Below, one piece after another: positions 1-9,257 of a stretch of DNA of 64,000 bases. This DNA is from Candidatus Latescibacterota bacterium (lineage in GTDB: Bacteria > Latescibacterota > UBA2968 > UBA8231). The notes under the pieces were generated by a model. The model saw nothing but the letters and a program-made list of their open reading frames with translations. It did not search any database and was not told the origin of the DNA. Each line of letters begins with the position of its first letter. The stretch's first letter is position 1. Position numbers and translations under genes: made by a program. The stretch covers positions 3,552,001-3,616,000 of the forward strand of contig OZ241889.1 in the NCBI GenBank assembly GCA_965203355.1, given 5' to 3'.

Positions 1-1
1 A

Positions 2-109
2 ATAGACGCCGAAGGGAACATCCTGAACGCCCCTCCGATTTATCGACAGTTCTTCATAACTGAGATGGAACGGTCTATTTGGAAGAGACGGAAGTCTAAA
101 GGGAGTTAA
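2..109 (+). CDS. 3' end of a probable AAA/ABC ATPase with DUF3696-like C-terminus (partial)
   Basis: Frame from base 2 reads IDAEGNILNAPPIYRQFFITEMERSIWKRRKSKGS*. This resembles the 'ID..G.....P..FF' tail of DUF3696. The stop lies 3 nt before the next ATG. Confidence 0.55.
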   Translation: MDAEGNILNAPPIYRQFFITEMERSIWKRRKSKGS

Positions 110-112
110 GCA

Positions 113-586
113 ATGTGTGCAATTGTTGATGCGAATGTAGCCAATGAAGTTTTCGGTCCTAACCAATCTCCGGCCGGAGAGAAATTCTATGATTGGATCA
201 ACAAAGCAAAGGGGCGCTTGGTAGTGGGCGGCAAGTTGCTTAAAGAACTCAAGAAATGTTCACCAACATTCAGAAAAGAACTGGTGATTACGTTAGGTAC
301 GTTATTAGAAGCAGGCAGGATGAGAATCGTGAACGCAGATCAAGTCAATACCAAGGCAAAAGAGCTCAAGAGCAAATGCGATTCAGATGATCCACATATC
401 ATCGCCTTAGCCCAAATCAGCGGTGCCCGTCTGTTATACACTAATGACGAAGGACTACAGCGGGATTTCAAGGACAAACGTCTAATCAATCAACCGGAAG
501 GTAGGATCTACACCACAGTTCAAAACAACAACTTCACTTCTACCCACAAGAGCCTGCTTAGACAGCGAAACCTATGCCAGAGATAA
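113..586 (+). CDS. PIN-domain-like protein (putative RNase effector)
   Basis: N-terminal IVDANV plus DDPHIIALA and LYTND acidic motifs typical of the PIN fold; 157 aa. Confidence 0.65.
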   Translation: MCAIVDANVANEVFGPNQSPAGEKFYDWINKAKGRLVVGGKLLKELKKCSPTFRKELVITLGTLLEAGRMRIVNADQVNTKAKELKSKCDSDDPHIIALAQISGARLLYTNDEGLQRDFKDKRLINQPEGRIYTTVQNNNFTSTHKSLLRQRNLCQR

Positions 587-620
587 CTGCTCCGCGACTA
601 CCGGCAGCACCGAGCCAATC

Positions 621-2303
621 ATGATCCGCCGTGTGACAATCAAAAACTTCAAGCGCTTCCGTGAACAGGAATTTGAGCTTGCAGAATCAGTCGTCCTTGC
701 CGGGCCGAACAACGCCGGTAAATCAACGTTGCTCCAATCTGTTGCGCTCTGGAAGTTCGTGCTAGACCGCTGGGTTGCTCAACGGGCGGGCGGAAGAGCC
801 GTTAAGCGTTCGGGTGTCGCTATCCCGCGCACTGACATCACCGCAGTCCCGCTCCGCGAGATGAACCTCCTTTGGGAAGACCGGAAAGTAACCGGCCCTC
901 GCGGCATGTCCGACGCACGGCGGTTGATCGAGATCGTCGTGGAAGGACAGACAAACGGGCAAAACTGGACGTGTGGGCTTGAGCTCCAGTACAATAATCC
1001 CGAGTTGATTCACGCGCGGCCTCAAGGTGCAAAGAACCTCAATAGCGAAGCCATACGCGCCTTTCCGCCAACGGAAGCCCAGGAACTCTCCATCGTTCAC
1101 GTCCCCCCGCTCTCCGGCATTGAACACGACGAGCCTCGGCGCGATCGAGGCATGCAAGACTTGCTCATCGGTCAAGGACGACCAGGCGACATTCTGCGGA
1201 ACCTCCTGTTGGAAGTTGCCGAAAGCAACGATGCGGAAAACTGGCCGGCACTTGCGAGACACATCAAGGACCTCTTCCGCATCGAACTAATCAAGCCGAA
1301 TTACCAACCGGCTCAACCATATATCGTATGCGAATACCAAGAGCCGGGACACACGCGACCGCTGGATCTCTCAAACGCTGGCAGCGGAACGCTACAAGTG
1401 ATTCTTCTACTCGCTTTCTTGTACGCCCGCCCGGCCACGGTAATCCTGCTCGACGAGCCGGATGCCCACCAGCACATCATCCTACAACGGCAAGTGTACG
1501 ATCTCATCCGCAAAGTTGCGCACGAGCGTCAGGGGCAAGTCATTGTCGCAACCCACTCCGAGGTCATCCTCGATTCAACAGAGCCGACCCGGGTACTCGG
1601 CTTCTTCAGCCCAGCACCCCGTCCCCTTGCCGATAAAACCGAGCGCGATCAACTCCGCGAGGCACTCAAGCGCATTACCACCACGGACCTGCTGTTGGGC
1701 CAAGAAGTTGGGGGCGTACTCTATGTTGAAAGCGAGGCCGACGAGCGCATACTAAGCGAGTGGGCGCACATACTCAATCATCCAGCGCAGCGTTTCTTTG
1801 AGCGACCTTTTGTCCACTCGCTCGGCAGCAGGAGCCTTCGCGAAGCAAGAGCACATTTCTTTGCCATGCGGGCGGTTTGTCCAGACTTACGCGCCCTCTG
1901 TCTGCTCGATGGGGACAATAAAGACGAACCGGACGTGGAGATGCAGAATGCGGGTCTAGTCGTTCTACGCTGGCGCCGCTACGAAATCGAGAACTACCTC
2001 CTGCATCCAGAGGCCATTAAGCGATTTGCCGACTTCCCGTTGCTGCATACAAAAATTGACGACGCATTCTGGCGAGAGGTACCCCACGGGACCGATCTCT
2101 TTGGGAATCATGTCTCGCTTGTGCGCGTCAAGGCAAGCGACGAGTTCTTAGTACCGCTATTGGAAAAGCTCGGCATCAACACTCCCAAGAGAGAGCTATA
2201 TCTGCTGGCAGCCGCTATGAAAAAAGACGAGATCCACCCAGAGATACGCGAAAAACTCGACCACATCGCAGAGTCGCTCAATCCGCGGGAGACAGAGGCT
2301 TAG
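621..2303 (+). CDS. ABC-type (AAA_15/AAA_21) ATPase fused to a TOPRIM/DUF4435-like domain; OLD/PARIS-like defence protein
   Basis: Walker A GPNNAGKS, signature-like LSNAGSG, Walker B LLDEPDAH, H-loop ATHS; C-terminal YVESEAD, LLDGD and YEIENYLL motifs. Confidence 0.8.
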   Translation: MIRRVTIKNFKRFREQEFELAESVVLAGPNNAGKSTLLQSVALWKFVLDRWVAQRAGGRAVKRSGVAIPRTDITAVPLREMNLLWEDRKVTGPRGMSDARRLIEIVVEGQTNGQNWTCGLELQYNNPELIHARPQGAKNLNSEAIRAFPPTEAQELSIVHVPPLSGIEHDEPRRDRGMQDLLIGQGRPGDILRNLLLEVAESNDAENWPALARHIKDLFRIELIKPNYQPAQPYIVCEYQEPGHTRPLDLSNAGSGTLQVILLLAFLYARPATVILLDEPDAHQHIILQRQVYDLIRKVAHERQGQVIVATHSEVILDSTEPTRVLGFFSPAPRPLADKTERDQLREALKRITTTDLLLGQEVGGVLYVESEADERILSEWAHILNHPAQRFFERPFVHSLGSRSLREARAHFFAMRAVCPDLRALCLLDGDNKDEPDVEMQNAGLVVLRWRRYEIENYLLHPEAIKRFADFPLLHTKIDDAFWREVPHGTDLFGNHVSLVRVKASDEFLVPLLEKLGINTPKRELYLLAAAMKKDEIHPEIREKLDHIAESLNPRETEA

Positions 2304-2353
2304 CGATGGCGCATTGGTATAAAGCTGCGAAGCTGCCGTAGGGAGAATGTTCG

Positions 2354-2737
2354 ATGAGTAAAACCACCTTTTTGGAGGAATACCTTCGCCACCGACTCGG
2401 ACATCTATCGTATCCTAAAAAGATAATTCCGTATGTCCAGCGACATGAGTTTGAGGGACTGTTGTTCTCGGATGTAAGCGTTTTTACGGGCTTGATTGAG
2501 GCACCAGACGGATCGGTGCGAGCCTTGCAAGACATCCGTTCACAGTTCCAGACGCCCGAAGATATCAACGACAATAGCGACACGGCTCCGAGCAAACGGA
2601 TTAAGCAGGTTGTACCTAGATACTATAAGAATGTTGACGGCCCCCGTCTGGCAATGAGAATAGGCTTGGACGCGATTCGCGCTGAATGCCCTCGGTTCAA
2701 CAACTGGGTAACGAACTTGGAGTCGCTGGGGAACTAA
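2354..2737 (+). pseudogene. N-terminally truncated DUF4276-family protein
   Basis: IPYVQRHEFEGLLFSD, PEDIND..TAPSKRI and CPRFNNW match the C-terminal half of DUF4276. The N-terminal VEG motif is absent. Confidence 0.6.
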
Positions 2738-2779
2738 GATAAACCACCGCGTACACAACCGATCAAAGAGAGAGACAGC

Positions 2780-5569
2780 ATGGCCCTCGACCCTTGGTAT
2801 AAAATCGTAACGCTCCGTAAAGAAGTACGCGAAGGCCGCTCGTTCAGCCCAGACGAGTTCGCCATCGCCCTTGAGCAGATCGTCGCCCAAACCGCCCCCG
2901 CCGATTACCGCGATCCAGCGCAGTTCTTCTCGCGCACTTGCTTCACCCGCGCCCTGAAGGAACACGCTGGCATGGTCCTTCGGCGTCTTTCCGGCAAAAC
3001 CGAGAACACCGCACCGGTCCTCACGCTCGTCACCCAATTTGGCGGCGGCAAGACGCATACACTCGCTTCTCTGTACCATATCGCCAACGCCGGCGCAGAT
3101 GCCGCCAAATTCCCCGGCGTGTCAGCGCTCCTCAACGAGGCGGGCATGGCCGAAGCTCCGCCCGCTCGCGTCGGCGTTTTCGTCGGCAACGCTTGGGACC
3201 CAGCCGAAGGCCGCGAAACGCCTTGGATCGACCTAGCGCGCCAACTCGCAGGCGAGAAGGGCGTTGCAGCACTCGGCCCGGCCGCAAAAACCACGCCACC
3301 GGGCACCGAAGCACTGGCCAATGTATTCGCGGCTGCGGATGCGCCCGTGCTGCTACTGTTCGATGAAGTCCTCAACTGCGTCAACCGCCATCGCTCCATG
3401 GCCGAGCCTTTCCACGCCTTCCTGCAAAACCTGACCGTCGCCGTCACTGGCACCACGCAAGCCGCAGCGGTCATCAGCCTGCCGCGCAGCCAAGTCGAAA
3501 TGACCGATTGGGACCAACAGTGGCAAGACCGAATTACCAAGGTCGTGCGCCGCGTCGCCCGCGACCTGATCGCCAATGACGAATCCGAAATCAGCGAGGT
3601 CGTGCGCCGACGGCTGTTCGAGGACCTCGGCAACGAGCGCATTCGCAAGCGCGTCGCCAAAGCCTACGCGGACTGGTGCTTTGAACGCACCGCCCGCCTA
3701 CCTGCCGAGTGGCTGGCGGTTGATACCGCGACGACCGAGGCCAAGGCCAGGGAATTTCTGCGGGGCCGATTCGAGGCGTGCTATCCCTTTCATCCAGCGA
3801 CCCTTTCGGTCTTTCAGCGCAAGTGGCGTGCGCTCACCCAGTTTCAGCAAACCCGCGGCGCCATGGCCATGCTGGCGCAGTGGATTTCTTGGGCCGCACG
3901 CGAGCAGTTCACCAAGGCGCGAACTGAGCCGCTGATCACGCTGGGCTCGGCCCCGTTGGACGTGCCCGAGTTCCGCGCCGTGGTTTTGGGCCAGTTGGGC
4001 GAATCGCGGCTCGATGCGGCGATTGACGCGGACCTCGCCGGGACAACGGCCCGCGCCCGACCACTCGATGCAGATGTCAAGGGGGCACTGCGCGGCATCC
4101 ACGGTCGCGTGGGTACGGCCATTCTGTTTGAGTCCTCGGGCGGACAAATGGACAAGGTAGCCCATCTGCCGGAATTGCGTTTTGCGCTCGGCGAGCCCGA
4201 GATCGATACGGCGACCATTGACAGCGCGGCGACGGCTCTCGAAGGGTCGGGGTTTTTTATCCGCAAGGTCGGCACAGACGGCTATCGCATCCATCACCAA
4301 GCGACCCTGCGCAAGGTCGTCAGCGACCGGCGGGCCTCGCTCGACGAGGCTACCGAGATCAAGCCAGCGATCCGCAAGCTAGTCGAGGAACAGTTCAAGC
4401 GCGGCGCAACCTTGCCGCTAGCTTTCTTCCCCCCCGATAGCGGCGCAGTCCAAGATTCTCCGCGCCTCACCCTAATCGTCCTCGACCCCGACGTAGAATG
4501 GACCAACGGCAACCAAGTGGTCGAGCGCCTTGACCAGTGGACGCAGCAGCGGGGCACTTCGCCACGGCTATACCGAGCTTCGTTGGTGTGGTGTGCGCGG
4601 AAACCAGGCCGGGAACTGCGCGACAAAGCCGAGCTATGGCTTGCTTGGCAGCGCGTAGCGCAAGAGATGTCCGAAGGCATCCTCGGCTCAGAATACGACC
4701 GCGCCGACCGCGCCGAAATCCAGACCCAAGTGCGGGACGCCGAGCAAGCGGCCAAGGACGAAGTATGGGCTAGCTATCGCTTCGTGGCGCTGGCCGACAA
4801 TCAGGCAAAGCATCGGCTCAAGATCATCGACCTCGGCGCCGGTCATGCCAGCGCTAGTGAAACCCTCTGCGGACGGATGATCAGTGCGTTGAAATCCGAA
4901 GCCCTGCTCAACGAGAATGTGGGGGCGGGCTACCTCGATCGCCACTGGCCGGCGGCGTTCAAAGACACGGGTGCTTGGCCGCTGACCAGTTTGCGCCAGA
5001 GCTTTCTGAACGGTGCCTTGACGCGCTTGCTCGATCCCGATGCGGTACTGCGGCAGAAAATCGTTGAGTTTGTGGCAAAGGGAGAGTTCGGCCTAGCCTC
5101 TGGTGCCAAGGACGGCGGCGGCTTTAATAGGCTGTGGTATGAAGAGGCGGTCGCAGCCGAGGAAGTAGCGTTTGAGGACAATGTCTTCTTGGTAGCCAAG
5201 GACAAGGCCAAAGAACGCAAAACCGCCCCTCGAGATGCGCCGCAGACACAACCAGACCCGGCTCCAAGCCCAGAGCCCGTTCCCCGGCCAGAGCCTAGTC
5301 CAGCCAATCAAACGACCATGCTGCGGCTTACCGGCACCGTGCCGCCTGAACTCTGGAACCGGCTAGGCACCAAGCTACTGCCCAAGCTGCGCTCCGGGGA
5401 AGAGGTCAGCGTCGGCATAGAATTCGCCGTGCGCGTTAGCTTGCCATTGGCCCAGAACATGGAAACCGAATTACGGCAGGTGCTCGCCGATCTGAATCTA
5501 CAGGATCAGGTCCGCGTCGCACGATCACTCCCCCAGCCTACCCTTCCTCTCGCGCCACCTTCCCCTTGA
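2780..5569 (+). CDS. DUF499-family AAA+ ATPase (BREX-related defence systems)
   Basis: FF.RT.FT, TQFGGGKTH Walker A, LLLFDE Walker B, EVVRRRLFE, YPFHP and FQQTRG motifs; Pro-rich linker before a small C-terminal domain. Confidence 0.9.
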   Translation: MALDPWYKIVTLRKEVREGRSFSPDEFAIALEQIVAQTAPADYRDPAQFFSRTCFTRALKEHAGMVLRRLSGKTENTAPVLTLVTQFGGGKTHTLASLYHIANAGADAAKFPGVSALLNEAGMAEAPPARVGVFVGNAWDPAEGRETPWIDLARQLAGEKGVAALGPAAKTTPPGTEALANVFAAADAPVLLLFDEVLNCVNRHRSMAEPFHAFLQNLTVAVTGTTQAAAVISLPRSQVEMTDWDQQWQDRITKVVRRVARDLIANDESEISEVVRRRLFEDLGNERIRKRVAKAYADWCFERTARLPAEWLAVDTATTEAKAREFLRGRFEACYPFHPATLSVFQRKWRALTQFQQTRGAMAMLAQWISWAAREQFTKARTEPLITLGSAPLDVPEFRAVVLGQLGESRLDAAIDADLAGTTARARPLDADVKGALRGIHGRVGTAILFESSGGQMDKVAHLPELRFALGEPEIDTATIDSAATALEGSGFFIRKVGTDGYRIHHQATLRKVVSDRRASLDEATEIKPAIRKLVEEQFKRGATLPLAFFPPDSGAVQDSPRLTLIVLDPDVEWTNGNQVVERLDQWTQQRGTSPRLYRASLVWCARKPGRELRDKAELWLAWQRVAQEMSEGILGSEYDRADRAEIQTQVRDAEQAAKDEVWASYRFVALADNQAKHRLKIIDLGAGHASASETLCGRMISALKSEALLNENVGAGYLDRHWPAAFKDTGAWPLTSLRQSFLNGALTRLLDPDAVLRQKIVEFVAKGEFGLASGAKDGGGFNRLWYEEAVAAEEVAFEDNVFLVAKDKAKERKTAPRDAPQTQPDPAPSPEPVPRPEPSPANQTTMLRLTGTVPPELWNRLGTKLLPKLRSGEEVSVGIEFAVRVSLPLAQNMETELRQVLADLNLQDQVRVARSLPQPTLPLAPPSP

Positions 5570-6371
5570 CGACCCACTCGGCCAGCACCGGCCACAGGGC
5601 GTGAACCACCGCCAGCAGCCTGAGTCGCCTCGGCACGTAGAGCCGCTGCTGGCGCCGTTGCATCCCGCGCACAATCGCCTGCGCGGCCTGGTCTAAACGC
5701 ACCGCTTCCGCCCGGTGTTTGCGCGATGCAGCACCCAACGCCTTCCCGTCTTTCCCCAGTGCGCGTTGCCGCAACTCCGTCCCCTCGAGCCAGTGCAAGA
5801 GCACCGTCATCACCCCCACCCCGCTCTCGGCCACCTCCATCCGCAAGGCATCGCAAAACCCCTGTAGCGCGTGTTTGGACGCCGAGTACCCGGTGTGTAA
5901 CGGCACCCCCACCTGCCCCTGAATGGACGAAATGGCCACGAATAGGCCCTTGCTTTTTTTGAGGTGCGGCAGCGCCGGATGCACGCAGTGTACAGCACCC
6001 AAGTAATTCACTTCCATCAGCTTGCGGAACAAAGCCACATCCTCAACCGCGGCCAACTCGGTCCACATGCTAAGGCCGGCATTGGCGATCAAGTAGTCTA
6101 TGCGTCCAAAGCGCGCAATGGCCGCTTCCGCCAGCCGCTTGCCATCCTCAGCTAGGGCGACATCCCCAACGACGATCAGCACCTCGCTCCCCAACGGCTC
6201 GCACGCTTGGGCGACGGCCTCCAGCCGCGCGGCATTGCGCGCCAAGAGCACGAGCTGCGCGCCCTGCTGGGCACACTCCAGCGCCAGCGTCGCGCCCAAG
6301 CCCGCAGAAGCACCGGTGATTACAACGGTCTTATTGCTCAGGCTTCCGGCGCGCACGGCCAAAAATCCCAT
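5538..6371 (-). CDS. Short-chain dehydrogenase/reductase, DHRS7/DHRS7B-like
   Basis: TGASAGLG Rossmann motif, ANAG, catalytic YSASK(HALQGFCDALR). Start uncertain (ATG at 6371 used); overlaps the end of the upstream gene. Confidence 0.9.
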   Translation of the reverse strand: MGFLAVRAGSLSNKTVVITGASAGLGATLALECAQQGAQLVLLARNAARLEAVAQACEPLGSEVLIVVGDVALAEDGKRLAEAAIARFGRIDYLIANAGLSMWTELAAVEDVALFRKLMEVNYLGAVHCVHPALPHLKKSKGLFVAISSIQGQVGVPLHTGYSASKHALQGFCDALRMEVAESGVGVMTVLLHWLEGTELRQRALGKDGKALGAASRKHRAEAVRLDQAAQAIVRGMQRRQQRLYVPRRLRLLAVVHALWPVLAEWVVKGKVAREEG

Positions 6372-8172
6372 TCTGAATGCCGAAAATATTTTGCGGATCC
6401 AGCGCTTCTTTGGTCTTGCGTAGGGCCTCAATGCTGTTTGCGCTCTGGATGTGCTGGACGAAGCGCTGCCGGATTTTGCCTATCCCGTGGTGGTGGGATA
6501 GCGAGCCGCCGTGGTCCAAGATCGTCTGCCGCAGCGCGTGCTCGATGTCGTGATAGACCGCAATCGGGCGCTCCAAGCCCCGCCCGGAAAGCCCCATCGT
6601 AAAGTAGATGCACACCCCGGTGTGGTACGTCTGCGTCACCCGGTACGACAAGTAGGGCCGCCCGGCAACGCCGCGGGCGCTACACTGCGCGGTCAGCTCG
6701 GCTTGCACGGCCTGCGTCACGTCGTGGATGCGGCTCCAAGGCACCGAGGTCTCAAAGGTCTCGCCCAAGAAATCGAACTGGTTCAAAAAATCGCGGATAT
6801 AGGCAATCCCAAAAGTCAGCATGTAGCCGCGCCGACCGTTAGTAGCCCCGGCACTTTTGCCGCCGTGGGCCTTGGCCAGCTTGAAAATCGTCCGCTTCTG
6901 GTGGTCCACCTCAGCGCGGGTCCCCTCCATGGCAATCGTACACGCCGCCATGGCGAGCGGATCAAACCCCAACACCTTTAGCAAAGCGAACTTTTGCACC
7001 TTTTCCTTGAGGTGCTGCCAAGAAGAAGGCGCGGCCTTGAGGGCCTGTCCAAAGCGGAACTCTTGGTTGTTGACCAAGCGAATACTCGCCGGCAAGGTCC
7101 CGGTCTGGCGCAAGGCCTGCAAGTACTCCACGCCTTGGGCAAAGGACTTGAACACCAGCGAACCGTATGCGCGCACGGCCGGTTGGGGATGGATCTTGAG
7201 CACGGCCTTGGTGATGATGCCGAGGTTGCCCTCCGAGCCAAAAAGCAGCCCGCGCGGCTGGATGCCGGTCGAGTTGCGCGGCGTAGCGTGCCGGGTCTCC
7301 ACGGCGCCAGTCGGCGTCACCAAGGTCGCTTCGAGGACGATGTCTTCGATATTGCCGTAGCGGTTTTTCTTCATGCCACTGGCGTTGGTCGCGATCCAGC
7401 CGCCCAAGGTCGAAAGCTCAATGCTGTCGGGATCGTGGCCGGCCGTGTAGCCCCGAGCCGCGAGCGCACGCTCCAGTTCCTTGCCCGAAATCCCGGCTTC
7501 AACGCAGGCCTGGAGATTTTCCTCGTCGAGCTCGACGATCCGGTTCATGCGCCGCATATCTACCGAAGCAAAGACGCGGTCGTCGTCGGTGGGCAAGGCC
7601 AGGGCACCGCTGACGTTGGTGCCGCCGCCGTAGGGCACGAGGCAAACGCCGTGCTCGGCCGCGAGGCGCACGATGGCGCACACGTGGTCTTCGCTCGCTG
7701 GATAAAGCACCAGATCGACCACGCGCTCCAAAGCATCGCCGTAGAGCAAGCGATAGACCTCATCAACGCTGAGCTGGCCGTGGCTGTGGATGAGGCGCTC
7801 GTCGTCGTCGAGCGACACCTGCTCGGCCCCGAGCGCGTCCTGCCAAGCAGCGACGAGGCTGGCGTCGGCCCGCGAAGGCGGCACCTCGTGGACCTCTTTT
7901 TCGACGGCCATCTCCTTGGGATCAATCGGAACTTGGAGCATCTCTTCGACAAAGGGGATGAAGTGCGGCATGGTAAAGCCAGCCAGCGGATAGCGGCTCC
8001 CGGTCACTCGCACGGTCTTCGGCCCGTCGAACTCAAAGCGAGTGTCCGCATAGCCCCACTTGTGCGGATGGCGCTCCCCGTCGGCGAGATCGTAGCACGC
8101 ATCGGCTGCGGCTTGACGGACCATGGCCGCCGCAACGGCGAACACCGCAATGGCGAGGACGATTTCGAGCAT
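6331..8172 (-). CDS. AGPS: Alkyldihydroxyacetonephosphate synthase-like FAD oxidoreductase
   Basis: PYGGGTNV, GHDPDSIELSTLGGWIAT, SGMKKNRYGNIED, GSEG.LG, RVTQTY.TGVCIYF, SHHHGIGK; hydrophobic N-terminal anchor. Confidence 0.88.
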   Translation of the reverse strand: MLEIVLAIAVFAVAAAMVRQAAADACYDLADGERHPHKWGYADTRFEFDGPKTVRVTGSRYPLAGFTMPHFIPFVEEMLQVPIDPKEMAVEKEVHEVPPSRADASLVAAWQDALGAEQVSLDDDERLIHSHGQLSVDEVYRLLYGDALERVVDLVLYPASEDHVCAIVRLAAEHGVCLVPYGGGTNVSGALALPTDDDRVFASVDMRRMNRIVELDEENLQACVEAGISGKELERALAARGYTAGHDPDSIELSTLGGWIATNASGMKKNRYGNIEDIVLEATLVTPTGAVETRHATPRNSTGIQPRGLLFGSEGNLGIITKAVLKIHPQPAVRAYGSLVFKSFAQGVEYLQALRQTGTLPASIRLVNNQEFRFGQALKAAPSSWQHLKEKVQKFALLKVLGFDPLAMAACTIAMEGTRAEVDHQKRTIFKLAKAHGGKSAGATNGRRGYMLTFGIAYIRDFLNQFDFLGETFETSVPWSRIHDVTQAVQAELTAQCSARGVAGRPYLSYRVTQTYHTGVCIYFTMGLSGRGLERPIAVYHDIEHALRQTILDHGGSLSHHHGIGKIRQRFVQHIQSANSIEALRKTKEALDPQNIFGIQNGIFGRARRKPEQ

Positions 8173-8204
8173 AGATCAATCTCCTAATGAGTGCTCAATG
8201 ACTA

Positions 8205-9257
8205 CTACAGCCCTTCCTGGACATCCTTTTTCCGCACTTTCCATATAAAGGCATCGTAGTAGTAGTGAATCAGGGCAAAGGAACTGAGCAGCGAATAGCT
8301 AAAGAGGTCAAAGTTCGCGTTGAAGCCGACTAGACCAAAGCCAAAGTCGCGCACCAAGCCCTCGCTCAGCGCGTGAAAGACAACCGCATAGGCCGCGCAC
8401 AGCAAGAGAAAGAACTTGACACCTCCCTTGCTCGCCACGCAGCGCAGCAGGGCCGAGTCGCCGCCGGTGCGCTCGACCTTGTGGCGGTTGTAGAAATACA
8501 CCATGACGATGTACTGAATCCCGTGCATGATCCGGTGCGCCACGGCAAAGACGAGCAGATAGGCCGTGGTAAAACTGGTGAAGTACCACAGGAAATAGCT
8601 CGACAGCAAAAAGACGTACTTGAGGGGATTGAGCGCCAAGCCGCGCCAAGCGCAATAGGCGATATGCCCCACGTAGATTAGGCCGTAGGCTAGGGCCAGG
8701 GTCCACGATACGAGGTGTACCGTCTTTACCGCCTCCGCACTGATGGGCAGGTGCCACTCGTGCAACATCCGCACCCAGACCGTGGAAAATAGCGGCGACA
8801 CCACCAACATGTTGCCAAAGAAGATCCAATTGAAAGCCAAGTCGAACTTAGCGGTGGAGGGCGCGCCGGCCTTGGCTTTGAAATCGTACACGCGCGCAAA
8901 GCCGTATTGCTGCATCAAGCTGTGCTGATGATCCCACAAAGTCACGATCAACACCAAGCTCAACGGCGCCCACTGGATCAGGCCGTAAGCAAAGGCGACC
9001 AGCACGATCGGCCCGAGAATGAAGCGCTCCTTAAAGCGGGCAAATTCCGCGGGCGAGCCATACACGCGCAGCCAAGTGACGAAGTGGTGCGGGATCGTCA
9101 CCCACAAGGCAATGGCCGCCAGCGCCGCCCCCGGCAGGTAGTGCCCGGACACGAGCGCAAAGCAAACCGCCGCAAAGGGCAGACTCACAAACCAGATAGA
9201 GTCCTGCCGGCGATCGACGATATAGGCCGGTCGCAGGACGATGGAATTATTCGCCAT
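8205..9257 (-). CDS. His-rich polytopic membrane protein of unknown function
   Basis: About 9 hydrophobic segments; motifs PHHFVTW, WDHQHSLMQQYGF, HRIMHGIQY, IHYYYDAFIWK. ATG at 9257 overlaps the upstream stop. Confidence 0.75.
   Translation of the reverse strand: MANNSIVLRPAYIVDRRQDSIWFVSLPFAAVCFALVSGHYLPGAALAAIALWVTIPHHFVTWLRVYGSPAEFARFKERFILGPIVLVAFAYGLIQWAPLSLVLIVTLWDHQHSLMQQYGFARVYDFKAKAGAPSTAKFDLAFNWIFFGNMLVVSPLFSTVWVRMLHEWHLPISAEAVKTVHLVSWTLALAYGLIYVGHIAYCAWRGLALNPLKYVFLLSSYFLWYFTSFTTAYLLVFAVAHRIMHGIQYIVMVYFYNRHKVERTGGDSALLRCVASKGGVKFFLLLCAAYAVVFHALSEGLVRDFGFGLVGFNANFDLFSYSLLSSFALIHYYYDAFIWKVRKKDVQEGL

Noticed and set aside
2780-5569. Canonical BREX or restriction-modification call
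   Set aside because: No pglZ, pglX or methyltransferase in the window; only the DUF499 ATPase is visible.
6994-8187. Long antisense and alternate-frame ORFs (also 12229-13602, 23352-24386, 45091-46290, 53051-54280, 62512-63390)
   Set aside because: Shadows of GC-rich genes with clear family motifs on the other strand or frame; no motifs of their own.
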